Source: Octopus vulgaris
Lineage: Eukaryota
DNA length: 64,000 nucleotides
Assembly: GCA_951406725.2 (NCBI GenBank)
Contig: OX597820.1
Location: 6,572,001-6,636,000 of the forward strand
Direction of reading: 5' to 3'
This document shows positions 1 through 12,396 of this stretch, in pieces; position 1 is the first letter of the stretch, and each line of letters opens with the position of its first letter. Made by a program: the position numbers and the translations under genes. The notes under the pieces are model-generated. The model was not told the origin of the DNA. It saw nothing but the letters and a program-made list of their open reading frames with translations, and made no database searches.

Positions 1-322
1 CCCAGTGGTTAGGGCAGCGGACTCGCGGTCATAGGATCGCGGTTTCGATTCCCAGACCGGGCGTTGTGAGTGTTTATTGAGCGAAAACACCTAAAAGCTC
101 CACGGGGCCCTGGCAGGGGATGGTGGTGATCCCTGCTGTACTCTTTCACCACAACTTTCTCTCACTCTTACTTCCTGTGTCTGTTGTACCTGTATTTCAA
201 AGGGCCTGCCTTGTCACTCTCTGTGTCACGCTGAATATACCCGAGAACTACGTTAATGGTACACGTGTCTGTGGAGTGCTCAGCCACTTACACGTTGATT
301 TCACGATCAGGCTGTTCCGTTG
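1..322 (+). mobile_element. tRNA-derived SINE (family B), 5' end cut by window edge
   Basis: A-box-like CAGTGGTTAGGGCAGCG and B-box-like GGTTTCGATTCCC; reverse-complement copies at ~40783-40945 and ~62688-62990. Confidence 0.85.
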
Positions 323-452
323 ATAATTTAGTAACTTCTATGCTGAAGTAGAGACAACATGTTCTTTGTCTATCTCCTTAACTTCTTGGAGATTTTAGGT
401 ATAATTATACTAATGTGTCCATCTGTTAAATTTAATTAAATTCTATGTCTTT

Positions 453-541
453 GTGCAGCTGAAGATTGCTCTACATTTTAAATTGATGTAATGATTGCAT
501 TGTTCAATTAAAAAGAGTTGCATGAAACGATCGTACTGCAC
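453..541 (+). ncRNA. Minimal type I hammerhead ribozyme motif (PLE-type)
   Basis: Stem I GTGCAG(453-458)/CTGCAC(536-541); core CTGAAGA 459-465; GAAAC 524-528; palindromic stem III ACGATCGT; cleavage triplet GTA 533-535. Confidence 0.75.
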
Positions 542-739
542 TAACTCTGGATATCCTTGTTGCTTATTTTGATATATATATATATATATATATTGGTAAT
601 TAGAAAGGGATTTCTCTAGAACGTTAACCGGTTTGCTCACAGGTATTAAAAATAGGTTTAGAATATAAATCTAGTAATAATTCCCATAAAATAAGAATTG
701 AGAGATGCATTCCGTTGGATAATTTTGAATATATTACGT

Positions 740-1051
740 TTAACAGTTCTATATCTAAGAATTGAGGAATTGTGTTCATTATTTACATTTGACGGGTATT
801 TGTGCTTATCTTGTTTGTTGTTAACACAGCGTTTCGGCTGATAAACCCTCCAGCCTTCATCATTAACTAAACGAATGACTTGAATTAGAAGGAAATGTAT
901 ACGTTATTCACATTTGACGTATATTTATCCTCATCTTGTTTCTTTTTAACAACGTTTAGGCTGATATACCCTCCCGCCTTCATCAGGTGTCTTGGGGAAA
1001 TTTCGAACCTGGATTCTCATTCCTAAGGTATTTTTCGATGATATTATTATC

Positions 1052-1082
<31 letters not shown>

Positions 1083-1230
1083 TCACTGCTTGGAACTGAA
1101 CTCGGATTCTTGGGATTAATAGCCCGCGCTCTTAACCACTATGCCATATGCCAGTGGGCAACCGAAAAGTTGTGTTAACAACAAACAAAATGAGGACAAA
1201 CATTCGTCAAATGTAAATAATGTAAATAAG
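740..1230 (-). mobile_element. tRNA-headed SINE-like element with hammerhead-bearing PLE-like tail; tandem and inverted partial terminal repeats
   Basis: Minus-strand tRNA-like head 1081-1160, (AAT)n linker, GACAC-CTGATGA-AGGC..GCC-(T)AAAC-GTT at 946-991, second partial tail copy 778-862, inverted tail copy 1162-1229; second element copy at ~27905-28195. Confidence 0.75.
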
Positions 1231-1627
1231 TTACCTTTAATCATTTAGGTTTCCTGGAGTATATATTATCAATAATAATGATACGTATTATTACGAAGTT
1301 GAATAGCATTACTTTTATTTCCTTTTTATATACATCCAGTTTTACATAGACCTACACATGTTTCAAATGTACCGATTAGGGACCGTTGAATTTGCAGCCC
1401 TTCTATGATACCGATGCAGCTTCTTCACGGTCTTCACTTCAATATCCTTCGATTTAACTGTTTAAGGTTTTTCGGTTATCCGCTCTGCGTTGTACGATGT
1501 GGAGTTGTTCGTTAATTCATACTTGGACTATCTTCAGTTCAAGTTTTGATATGATGATCACTTATAGCCCATTATTTCAAAACATTCTGTTCTTTAAATA
1601 TTTATTACGCATTTATACCGAGCAAAG

Positions 1628-2023
1628 GTGAATATTCTCATGTACAAATGTCTTCCATCTTTAAATGTAAACTTTGGTAAACTTCTTCTGTATATAGGTC
1701 ACATTTCTGAGAGTGCAACTGCACCAATTTTCAAGAAGAGACTAGCTAATCACTTAAGTTCATTTCGAGATAAAAATAAACGATTCCAAACAAGTGTGCG
1801 TAAACTAATGTGGTCCATTGAAGACAGAAACAAAGACAGTACAATCAATTCGGAATTAATTAGTGCTGCAAAACCACACAGAGTTGGAACTAATAAATGT
1901 GACCTGTCTTTAAAAGAATTTTACTTAATGTTTACATCTAAGGGCAATATAAGGAATTCTAAACAGAAACAAGCTTTAAGATGCTTGCACATGAGAAAAT
2001 TCACCTTTGCTCAGTGTAAGTGA
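1628..2023 (+). pseudogene. Penelope GIY-YIG endonuclease C-terminal remnant
   Basis: YIG...FKKRLANHLSSFR...LMW...AKP...KCDLSLKE...RCLH.RKF resembles the PLE endonuclease C-terminus. Confidence 0.8.
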
Positions 2024-2198
2024 GTAATAAACATTTAAAGAACAGAATATTTTGAAATAACGAGCTATAAGTGACTATCCAATCAAAACTTGAATTGAAG
2101 ATAGTTCGCCTCTAAATTAACGAACAACTCTATGTCATACGACGCAGAATTGATAAACGAAGAACTTTAGACAGTTAAATCAAAGGATATTAAAATAA

Positions 2199-2285
2199 AG
2201 AGCCTGAAGAATTTGCGTCAATATTAGAGGAGAGTTGCAGTTGCAAAGGTTGTTAATCGATGCAATTGAAACACGTGTACGTCTG
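2199..2285 (+). ncRNA. Hammerhead motif in Penelope pseudo-LTR (decayed minus-strand copy at 1348-1433)
   Basis: CTGAAGA 2204-2210; stem II ATTTGCGTC/GATGCAATT; GAAAC-ACGT-GTA 2268-2279; left arm keeps stem I AGACC/GGTCT but its core reads GTGAAGA. Confidence 0.65.
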
Positions 2286-2411
2286 TGTGAAGCTGTATAT
2301 GTAAAAGGGAAATAAAAGTAATGCTATGCAACTTTGTAATAATCTTTATTATAAATATATGCATGTAGTATGTATACATATCCAGATATATGTTTGTGTA
2401 GTTGTGTGTGA

Positions 2412-2451
<40 letters not shown>

Positions 2452-2804
2452 GCACAAATATATATGTAGGTGTGTGTATATACACATATATATATATATA
2501 CATTTGTATACTGGTTGATTATTCCTGTCAATGGGTATTACAAATACAACAAATATGAAGCCAAAAACATCCTTGTTATGCCTATTAATTTGGGGAATAC
2601 GGAGAAACGGGGTTAGAATGAAGTCATGATCTATCTACGTATTTTCATCAGAGGGAAGCTGGTGAAAGTGAAAAACTTGGACCTTGTTACGTTCTATGCA
2701 TCATAACCATGTTACGGAGATTATAAAGAACACAGGTGTAATACAATTAAATTTTCAACAACTTGATTACGAGGAAGCACGTGTGTGCCTCATATGTGTG
2801 AGTA

Positions 2805-3135
2805 CACATACATACATACATACATACATACATACATACATACACACATACATACATACATACATACATACATACATACATACATACATACATACATACA
2901 TACGTACATACATACATACATACACACATACATACATTCATTCATACATTTATTCATATATACATACATACATACATACATACATACACACATACATACA
3001 TTCATTCATACATTTATTCATATATACATACATACATACATACATACATACATACACACATACATACATACATACATACATACATACATACATACATACA
3101 TACATACATACATACATACATACATACGTACATAC
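2805..3135. repeat. (TACA)n microsatellite
   Basis: Direct tandem repeat. Confidence 0.95.
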
Positions 3136-3239
3136 ATCTTTCTCTATTGGAAAGTAAGCTTGAAATAAAACTGAACGATATACATACACACACACACAAA
3201 CACACACACAAACACACACACATTTAGATATAGATATTC

Positions 3240-3450
3240 TTCTCTACTCTATGCACAAGGCCCGAAATATTTGAGGAGGGGGTCAGTCGATTACGTCGAC
3301 CCCAGTACGTAACTAATAATTAATTTATCGATCACGAAAGGATGAAAGGCAAAGTCGACTTCGGCAGAATTTGAACTCAGAATATAAAGTAGACAGAAAA
3401 CCGCCAAGCATTTCGTCCGATGTGTTAACGTTTCTGCCAGTTCGCCGCCT
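3240..3450 (-). mobile_element. tRNA-derived SINE family A
   Basis: Reverse complement of GAGTTCAAATTC..GCCTTTCATCCTTTCG..TCGATAAA motif shared by more than 10 copies in the window. Confidence 0.8.
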
Positions 3451-4179
3451 TTTTTAGACATTGATATCGAAATATCTGTGTAGCAGCTCATACTTTTTTT
3501 TTCCCATGCATTATGTATTTTTAAATATATTTTGAAATAATTGCATTTCTCTCATACTGACATCATTTCTAAGCGTAAGCCACTCATGGAAACGTAAACA
3601 TCATTACATATTCGCAGAGATGTATCCTGGAGTGTTCCAATTTTACACTTCATTTTGCTTATCAGTTTTAATTTCACTTTTAATTATTATATGTCCGTAT
3701 AAAATTACTGAATAGATGCTACAAATAGATAGACGTGCACTGAAATGAACCTTCTCCACAAGTAGGCTGTTATGCGATGCTGTACAAAATATGCCACAAG
3801 TCTCCACCTTTTCCTTTTTCCTTCTATTTTCCTTCTTCTTTCACCTTTTCCATTTTCTCTCTTTATATCTAATCTTCTTGTCTCCAATTAAATACTTTTA
3901 TTACTATCTCCCTCCACAAAGACTATTTGTCAGGATATTTAGCCTCATTTTCGTTGTCCTCTTCTAAAGATTAAATGTGTAAATATATTCACATGTATGT
4001 ATTTATTTAGATTAATGTAACATTTTTAGGTTTCGGAGAAATATTTGTCTGTCAAGTGATTTCATCTGGGACCATGGGATAAAACTAATGAAAACATAAC
4101 TTGAAAGTCTAATGTTAGCGATTAAAAATTTACGGATTTTAAGTGGCTATTTTTCTTATATATATATATATATATTTTG

Positions 4180-4500
4180 CATTGCTAAAATGAGTCGTTA
4201 AGAAGATCACATTCTAATCACATGGTATCTGGTTCAGATCCACTGCGCGGCACCTTATAATAACAAGCCGACTAATGCCTTGTGAGCGAATTTCGTCGAT
4301 GGAATTTGTGCAAAAGCTCTTCATATATGTATATATATATACGTATATGTGTGCGTGACTTTGTGATTGTGTATTGTCTCCACCTTTTGTCAACTTCAGT
4401 TGTTTTGTTTACGTATCCATAACTTAGCAGTCTCCGGACTTTGCAGTTCGACGAAGGATATCGATAGAATAATTACATAATTTTAAAAATAACTACTAAC
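4180..4500 (+). mobile_element. Degraded SINE family C
   Basis: Similar to the full copy at 52913-53329 (ccactgcg, aatgccttgtgag, aacttagcag, cgatagaataa). Confidence 0.6.
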
Positions 4501-4683
4501 GTCCATTATTGACGACTAAAAATTTTCAAGAATACATATATATATATACATATATATATATATACATATCTATATACATATCTATATACATATATATATA
4601 TATATACATATCTATATACATATATATATATATACATATATATATATACATATCTATATACATATATATCTATATACATATAT

Positions 4684-5011
4684 ATATTGTTATATTTCGG
4701 AATGGTCATTTTGCCAGTTTAGCCAATAAAACACACGCACTATATATTTGGTGTTACTTTGCTTCAGTGTTATTTATTTTTTACATTAATCTTAATCTTA
4801 TTTCGGCCAGAGTTCTTTCGTCACACGCCTGCGACCCCATCAGTGGTCCTTTGTTTTCTTCTCACTTATTTGTGTATCTCCTTACTAACCGTCAGCCATT
4901 TTGCGTGTGTTTTTATTGGCTAAACTGGCAAAATGACCATTCCGAAATATAACAATATCTGTTTCAACACACGACTTCACATAAAAAATCTTGCACAACA
5001 AATATTTAAAC
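4684..5011 (-). mobile_element. Short non-autonomous element with ~55-bp inverted repeats and an internal hammerhead motif, inserted in a TA-rich minisatellite
   Basis: Inverted repeats 4684-4739/4902-4958; minus strand 4805-4849 reads GGACCA-CTGATGG-GGTCGCA..TGTGAC-GAAAG-AA-CTC-TGGCC. Confidence 0.65.
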
Positions 5012-5445
5012 GTATATATATATATACATATCTATATACATACATATATATACATATCTATATACATACATATATATATATACATATCTATATACATACA
5101 TATATATACATATCTATATAAATACATATATATATATACATATCTATATACATACATATATATACATATCTATATACATACATATATATACATATCTATA
5201 TACATACATATATATACATATCTATATACATACATATATATACATATCTATATACATACATATATATACATATCTATATACATACATATATATACATATC
5301 TATATACATACATATATATATACATATATATATATACACATATATATATATACATATATATACATATACATATATATATATATACATATCTATATACATA
5401 TATATATATATATACATATCTATATACATATATATATATACATAT
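5012..5445. repeat. TA-rich minisatellite (~26-28 bp unit containing TATACATATCTATATACA)
   Basis: Same unit at 4535-4683, interrupted by the 4684-5011 element. Confidence 0.85.
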
Positions 5446-5769
5446 GTACATTTTTCTCAATTAAGTTTGTATTTTCATTATTTGGTTATTTAAACTGTCT
5501 CCCAAACTAATTATTTAGCAACAAGACATATAATTGCTTCTAGTTACTCTGCTAATCTGTTTGAATAATTGAAGTTCCACAAGTGTTATGCAAAATTAAT
5601 ACCGTGTATTTTAGCTCTTTCTTCTATATTGCCAAAGTTAAGTTAGCAACTTGCTCTATGGAATATTCCTGCTTCTGTTTGTCTCTCCTACTTCTTTAAG
5701 TTTTTAGAATTATATTTTGTTTTATAGTTCCTACATTTTGTACGCTTATAGAGCAAGAATCGTAATACA

Positions 5770-6041
5770 TACACATATATATGTTTGGGTGGGTGTATAT
5801 ATTTATGTGTGTGTTTGCGTGTATATATATACATATATATATATATGTATATATATTTATATGTATATATATATATATATATAAATATATATATATACGC
5901 ACACACATACATATGCATATATATATGTATATATATATGCATACATACATATATATACATGCATACACACACATATATGAGTTTGGGTGGGTGTATATAT
6001 TTATGTGTGTGTGTATGTATATATATATATATATGCATATA

Positions 6042-6082
<41 letters not shown>

Positions 6083-6340
6083 TATATATATATATATACG
6101 CACACACATATATATCCATATATATATGTATATATGCATACATACATATATATACACGCATACACACACATATATGAGTATGGGTGGGTGTATATATTTA
6201 TGTGTGTGTTTTTGTATGTATATATATACGCACACACATATCCATATATATATACGTATATATATATATATATATGCATATATACATACATATACATGCA
6301 TACACATATATATATACATATGCATGTATGTGAATATATA
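5770..6340. repeat. TA-rich array with ~200-bp higher-order period
   Basis: TGGGTGGGTGTATATATTTATGTGTGTG recurs near 5785, 5984 and 6181. Confidence 0.75.
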
Positions 6341-6834
6341 TAATTGTTATACTTAGTAGAATTGGCATCAAATTTAAATAGCAACCACGATATCACACTA
6401 AATGCATACACACTGTTAGAAGACATGATGCTCTGGAATTGTCTGAGATAAAATCTATTAAAAGATTCGTGTTAAAAATTCGGCGCGAGGCGAATATCTT
6501 CGCTGAAGCGATTCACAAGGACGACAGATGCATTTTGTCTTTCCTGAAGTATGCCAAAGTCTCACACCTCGAAGAGATTTCGTCATAGCATGGTTGATTT
6601 TATATAGAGGCAGAAATTTCGTTTAGGTGACAAAAGGCAGATATTTTATGCTGGAGACAATCGAATACACGTCAGTTCCAAGCCTGAAGATAGGTGAAAT
6701 GCGCCTATGGCAACGTTCGTCTCCTTACGACACAGATTGTGCTTTGAATACAACACGTACATAAAGAGAATTTAGCCTACAATTCTGCAGCCCCATGTAT
6801 ATAAATTTAGCATTATAAACAAATGCATATATAT

Positions 6835-7342
6835 ATAAACTTAGATAAACTTAGATATGTTTCGACCAAAGATTGGTCCAGGCCATGTCAAACTTAATAG
6901 CACCACCTGATAGGATTATTCGAATCCTGTTTAAGTCAAGTTTTGTTTATGGTCCATTCAAGTAGTGAGTTTTTGTTGGGTGAGTTGCATCCAATTATGG
7001 GTGGCTTATCTGGTATTCTTTGAAGGAATCTATCCAGACTCCGTTTAAAGTTGATGGGATCCTTTTCCTCTTTGATCTCTTTCGGGACAATTTTAAATAG
7101 GGCAGGGCCTGTTGAGGAAAAGAAATTATGTTGCTGTGTACATGTATGCTGTGATCTTGAATTGGGCAGGGGACGTATGGCCCGTGGTCCCAGTCTTGGA
7201 TGAACCTTGAAGCTAATGTTCAAGTCGTTTGGGCAAAGTTGGCGGTATATTCTCCACATCGTACAAATGATGTACCGCTCACGGCGACGTTGGAGAGAGT
7301 AAGGCTTTAAGGCGATCCCAATAATCGAGAGCAGCCATGCCT
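6835..7342 (-). mobile_element. CR1-like LINE 3' end (ORF2 C-terminus, 3'UTR, tandem tail)
   Basis: RRRERY..MWRI...GPALF..P.EIK...FKRSLDRFLQRIPDKP...NSLLEW; tail of CTAAGTTTAT repeats. Confidence 0.8.
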
Positions 7343-7353
7343 ATTTATATATG

Positions 7354-7386
<33 letters not shown>

Positions 7387-8227
7387 ATCTATCTCTCTGT
7401 CTATATATATATATAATATTGAAGGATTTTAGTTTTGGCATGATGGGTGGCTTTATTGCGAAAATAGTCTGTTAAACAACCAATAGCGAAACATCCCTGA
7501 TTGCATCAGAAAAATGTTCAGAATTTCTTCAAGCAATTGGTGTTCCCAATAACGACTGACACTCCTCTACGAAAAATGCAATATATTGCCCTCAACCTCT
7601 TCGGCTATTTGTATTCCCCTCACAGCAGTACTAACGAAATACTTAATTTTCTCCATCGACACAGCATTTTAACAGGTCTATAATTTACAACCTGATTCTC
7701 AAATTTCAACTAATGAGCAGATCTTCGGAACTGAATACTAATACAGCAATGTGGATTTATTCAGAAGTGACTAGAAGGACATCTTTTTCTTTTCTTTATA
7801 TAATCTAGGAAAAACTCCTCATCTCCGTTCAATAGAATCTCCGCTCAATGTCATAGCCTCTACACCTTTCGCTCAAAACTTTATGCTTTTATAAGACTTT
7901 TCTTTAGATATGAATAACATGATATTTATAAAAAAAGCTGTCAAACTTGTCTACTCTTCTAGTGAAATCTTCAATTATGAGCTATTTTGCTTTCTCTAAA
8001 TCCTTTAAAAATAAAAAAAACAACAACCCAGAAGTCACACAAGAAAGATCAGAATAAAACAAGTAACCCACCAAACAATAAAACCTGTAACTTGAGAAAG
8101 TCTATGAATGTTCTTTCTTTTCCGTTTCATGCTGTAGCGTATAAATTTAGAATATTTATTTGGTATAAGGTCAGCATTGCGAGGGGTTAAGGAAACACCT
8201 TTGCAACTCTGAAAATGTTTATATTAC

Positions 8228-8280
<53 letters not shown>

Positions 8281-8281
<1 letters not shown>

Positions 8282-8520
8282 TGGAACTGCTCATATCCTA
8301 CGCAAAATACTTTCTATGTAATCTCAAGTTTTAAGACAAACATAATTTTCGTAAGGTTTTTTTTAGACATTCACTAGTACAACACTAAGTACAAAACCAA
8401 AATATATGGCACCCTAGGCATAACACCAATACGAACTTCCAACGTTTCTCTTGAGGTCTCTGGGTGAGACTTGGAGCCAACTTGTACAAATGTAAAGCAA
8501 AAGTCAAACATAGTACAATA
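8281..8520 (+). mobile_element. R4/Dong-type non-LTR 3' fragment in (TAA)n
   Basis: Encodes GTAHILRKILSM*, like the C-terminus of the 9415-12360 element; flanked by TAA repeats. Confidence 0.7.
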
Positions 8521-8561
8521 ATAATACTAATAATACTACTACTACTACTACTAATAATAAT

Positions 8562-9120
8562 AAATGCCCTGATGCAGTACCAGACAGTGGCTCTCATGGC
8601 TTCTGATCTTAACTGATTGGAAGTGTTATCATGTACATTGTTTTGTCTTGGTATAAAAAATGGGCTACAGCAAATATTCTGCTCAATACCACAGATTTGC
8701 TTGTCAGTTGTTTGACCTTAACCAGTTGAGCATGTCCCTTAGTGGCTGACGATATGTGCATCTCTGATCACGAGCAGAAGTAGTGGGGGAGCATCATAGC
8801 CATGTGCTGAGAGGGATTCTTTGGGCTTTGAATAATTCACCTTTGGAAACATGGGTATTTTGTTCAACATCCTTAAACAACCCTTGCTCAGGGACCTTTT
8901 GAGCGGGATGGGTTACTCGACCAGAAGAAAATTCTAACTGGACCCCACCTGCAAGGTTATGCGCTGTTTATCTTGATATGAGCTCACCATGTCGTGCACA
9001 TATGGGTGTGATGCATGTGCCTGGTGTACCCTTATCAGACGGGTAGTCATGATGGGTATACTGGGCTTCGTATATTTTACCCCAGTGTCATTTTGATGGC
9101 ATGCACTGCTCTCTCACTCA
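8562..9120 (+). mobile_element. Non-LTR retroelement 3' portion ending in (TAA)n; second 5'-truncated copy at 9139-9398
   Basis: Two tandem copies share the 3' ~260 bp ending ..GCTCTCTCACTC-AATAATAA. Confidence 0.65.
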
Positions 9121-9414
9121 ATAATAATAATAATAATAGTTCATCATCCTTAAACAACCCTTATTCAGGGACCTTTTGAGCGGGATGGGCTACTCAACCT
9201 GAAGAAAATTCTAACTGGGCCTCACCCGCAAGGTCACGCGCTGTTTATCTTGATATAAGGTTACTATGTCGCGCACATGCGGTTGTGATGCATGTCCCTA
9301 GCATACCTTTATCAGACGGGTAGTCATGATGGGTATACTGGCTTTCGTATATTTTGCCCACTGCTACTTTGATGGCATGCAATGCTCTCTCACTCAATAA
9401 TGATAATAATAATA

Positions 9415-12360
9415 GAAAAAGAGGAAAGTAGACGGACAGATGGAGCCATGGTGGAAGCGCAGAATTGAAGGCGATATTTTAACTTTGCGTAAAGATCTGA
9501 ACCGCATAAAAGAGCGGTCCAAAGGGCAATGGAAAACCGGAAAAATAAAATGCAACTGCATATCTGGACGTGAAGTACCAAATAGAAACGAAAGTGTTCA
9601 AAACTATCATCGAAACCCTAGAATATTAAAGGTGCAGCGCTACACTGATCGCATATCACAGTTCCAGCAAAACTAGTTGTTCTCAAATAATCAGAGGCAG
9701 TTTTTGTAAGGGCTTAGGGAGAAATACAGAAGATAATACACCTCCTGAAGTAGAAGAAACCCGCAAAATTTGGGATAACATCTGGGGGCGAGAGGTTTCG
9801 CATAAGCACTGTGCTGAGTGGGTTCGTTCCGTGAGATCCGAACTCCATCTATCGGAGGCTCCACGAGAGGACCACGTGAGCATACCAACGGAAGATATAA
9901 TTGCACAGATATCAAAAGTGCCAAACTGGAAAGTGGCAGGACCAGACGGAATTCAAGGCTATGGGCTCGAGTCGTTTAGGTCAATACGCGAGTATTGCGT
10001 TGCAATTAGACAATTGCTTACAGAGCCGTGCAGATCCTGCGTTAATGAAAGATCGATCAAAGAGCAATGAGGTTCGCAATTACCAATAAATTGCTTGACT
10101 TAACTCTCTATGGAAAGTATTAACAGGTACTCTCCCAGGGAAAAGATATACACTCCTTGCGGAAAACAATCTGTTGCCAGTAGAACAAAAGGGTGCCGAA
10201 AAGGATCCAAGGGCACCAAGATGTGGCAACTACGGAAGTCAAACATAAAGATTATCCGTATTGTCATCGGAGCATTGGGTTCAATACCACCCAATCTGAA
10301 AAAAACATCTGAAAACCTTAGAAATACCCTACAATCCAGATGTATTGCAGAAGTCGGCATTACTTGGAACTGCACCCATATTGCGTAAAGTAGTCTGTCT
10401 GAGGTCTTTGTTGTGACTTGAAACCCCCGGTAGACACAATGTCTTCAATCAACAACCTCACCATTTCGAATGCTGTGCGACGTCTATGATAATAATAATA
10501 ATAAGACAACGTTATAATGAAGAACTGTAAACGGTATCCCCAAATACTTATGCATGGACTGGATAGACTTCAAAAAGGCTTACGATATGTTGCCGCATTC
10601 GTGGATTTTGGAAAAACTCGACATGTATGGAGTAGTTGAGAATATGTGTGCTCTGATAATGAACAGCATGCCTAGTTGATAAACACGTCTTTCCTGTAAC
10701 AACCAGCACTTAGCCGAGATAACAATCAGAAGAGGTAACTTCGAAGGAGACTCTTGTTCACCTCTGTTATTTGTTATAGCCTTTATGCCACTTTCTGTAG
10801 TCCTACGCATAATCAACATGCACTATGAGCTGAGAAAGAATGGACCCCGTCTCAATCCCCTTCTCTCCATGGATGATTTAAAAGTGTTCGCAAAAACAGA
10901 GCCTGAAATGAAGAGGCTGGTTGAGAGTGTGCAAATGCGTAGCAAGGATATAGAGATGGAATTCGGTATCTCGAAGTGTGCGGTGCTTATTTTGAAGCGG
11001 TGGAAAAGCGAAAATCGCAGGGGCATAGAATTGCTAAATGGAGAGAGAATGGAAGATCTGGATGATGATGGGTACAAGTACTTCGGGATCCAGGGGCTGG
11101 ACAATATCTTGCATAAAGAAATGAGAGACAAGGTCATCACTGCATATTTTAAGCGCCTCAAACTCCTCTTGAAATCAAAATTGAACACAAGGAAACTTGT
11201 GACTGCCATCAACAAATGGGTTGTTGCTGGAGTCCGCTATAGTGAACCCATTCTGAGATGGACACAAGCGGAGGTTGACCAACTCGATCACACTACCCGA
11301 AAGACAATGACAATATATAGTGCCCTCCACCCTAAGGTAAATGTACACAGGCTCTGCCTTAGAGTACAGGAGTGCATCAACATTGAAAGAAAAACATGGT
11401 AGAAAGTTTGGTATACAGCAAAAAAGACCTACTACAGTATGCTGCTAGTGCCGAAAGAATTAACAAAAATGGACCTGAGAAGAGTGCTCATGAATTTCGA
11501 TCAAGAATAGCCAACGATACATAGTTAGAATCTCTGCGAAACCAAAGAATTAAAAGACCAGGAAGCGTCATGGTGGTGGCTCATCAAAGGTGACCTAAAA
11601 ATGAATGCTGAAAACATAATCATCGATCCCCAAGAATTGAATACCCACTCAGCGGCAAAGAATATACATACCACACAAGTGCACCAGACCTCTGCAAAAT
11701 GAGTGAGAAGAGGGTTGAAAGCGTGACTCACATTGTTAGAGCTTGGGAAAGACTTGCGCAGAAAGAGTACAAGCATAGACATGACAAGGTAGTCCAAAAC
11801 CTCCACTGGCTACTATGCTGTAAGTATTGATATGAGTTTAGGGGTTCTTGGTACCAACATATACCGGAAAAGATAATGGATGAAAAGGGGAAGACAAAAA
11901 TCCCAGAGACTTTTGATTTCCAGGTAGGCAGGGTGTTAGAGCACCGAAGGCCGGATAATAGTAACCTTTAGGAGGGACAAAATAAGATTGCCTAATAATT
12001 GACGTAGCAGTGCCAAGAGATCAACATATTATGAAAGAAAGAGAAAAGGTTGATAAATAAGGAGACCAGAGAATTGAGATCTCTAAGATGTGGGAACTAC
12101 GAGATTCAAACATAAAGATTATATCCCTATTGTCATCGGAGCATTGCGTTCAATACCACCCAATCTGAAAAAAACATCTGAAAACCGTAGAAATACCCTA
12201 CAATCCAGATGTATTGCAGAAGTCGGCATTACTTGGAACTGCACTCATATTGCGTAAAGTAGTCCGGCTGAGGTCCTTGTTGTGACTTGACAAACCCCGG
12301 TAGACACAATTTCTTCAATCAACAATCTCACCATTCCGTATGCTGTGCGACGTCTATGAT
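9415..12360 (+). mobile_element. Decayed R4/Dong-clade non-LTR retrotransposon (RT plus restriction-like endonuclease)
   Basis: EPWWKRRI, VPNWKVAGPDGIQG, GCRKGSKGTK, DFKKAYDMLPHSWI, GDSCSPLLFV, LSMDDLKVFAK, EFGISKCA, RHDKV..LHW, RPD..IDVAVP, IVIGAL, LQKSALLGTALILRKV; many stops and frameshifts; TAA tail. Confidence 0.9.
10218..10503 (+). mobile_element. Nested 5'-truncated copy of the same Dong element's 3' end
   Basis: Highly similar to 12085-12360 with its own TAA tail; interrupts the RT region. Confidence 0.85.
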
Positions 12361-12396
12361 GATGATAATAATAATAATCATAATAATAATAATAAT

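Larger units (their letters stand above)
1288..2342 (+). mobile_element. 5'-truncated Penelope-like element with inverted pseudo-LTRs
   Basis: Diverged ~320-bp inverted arms 1288-1612 and 2022-2342 flank a GIY-YIG endonuclease remnant; each arm has a hammerhead motif. Confidence 0.85.

Noticed and set aside
1081-1160. tRNA-like sequences here and at the SINE heads
   Set aside because: Acceptor stems do not close and they are joined to repeat bodies, so they are SINE heads rather than tRNA genes
7420-8000. Possible ancient LINE remnant (minus-strand NYRP-like motif); similar unclassified complex DNA at 18700-19700, 29800-30600, 31120-31450 and 59370-60850
   Set aside because: Too decayed to assign by eye
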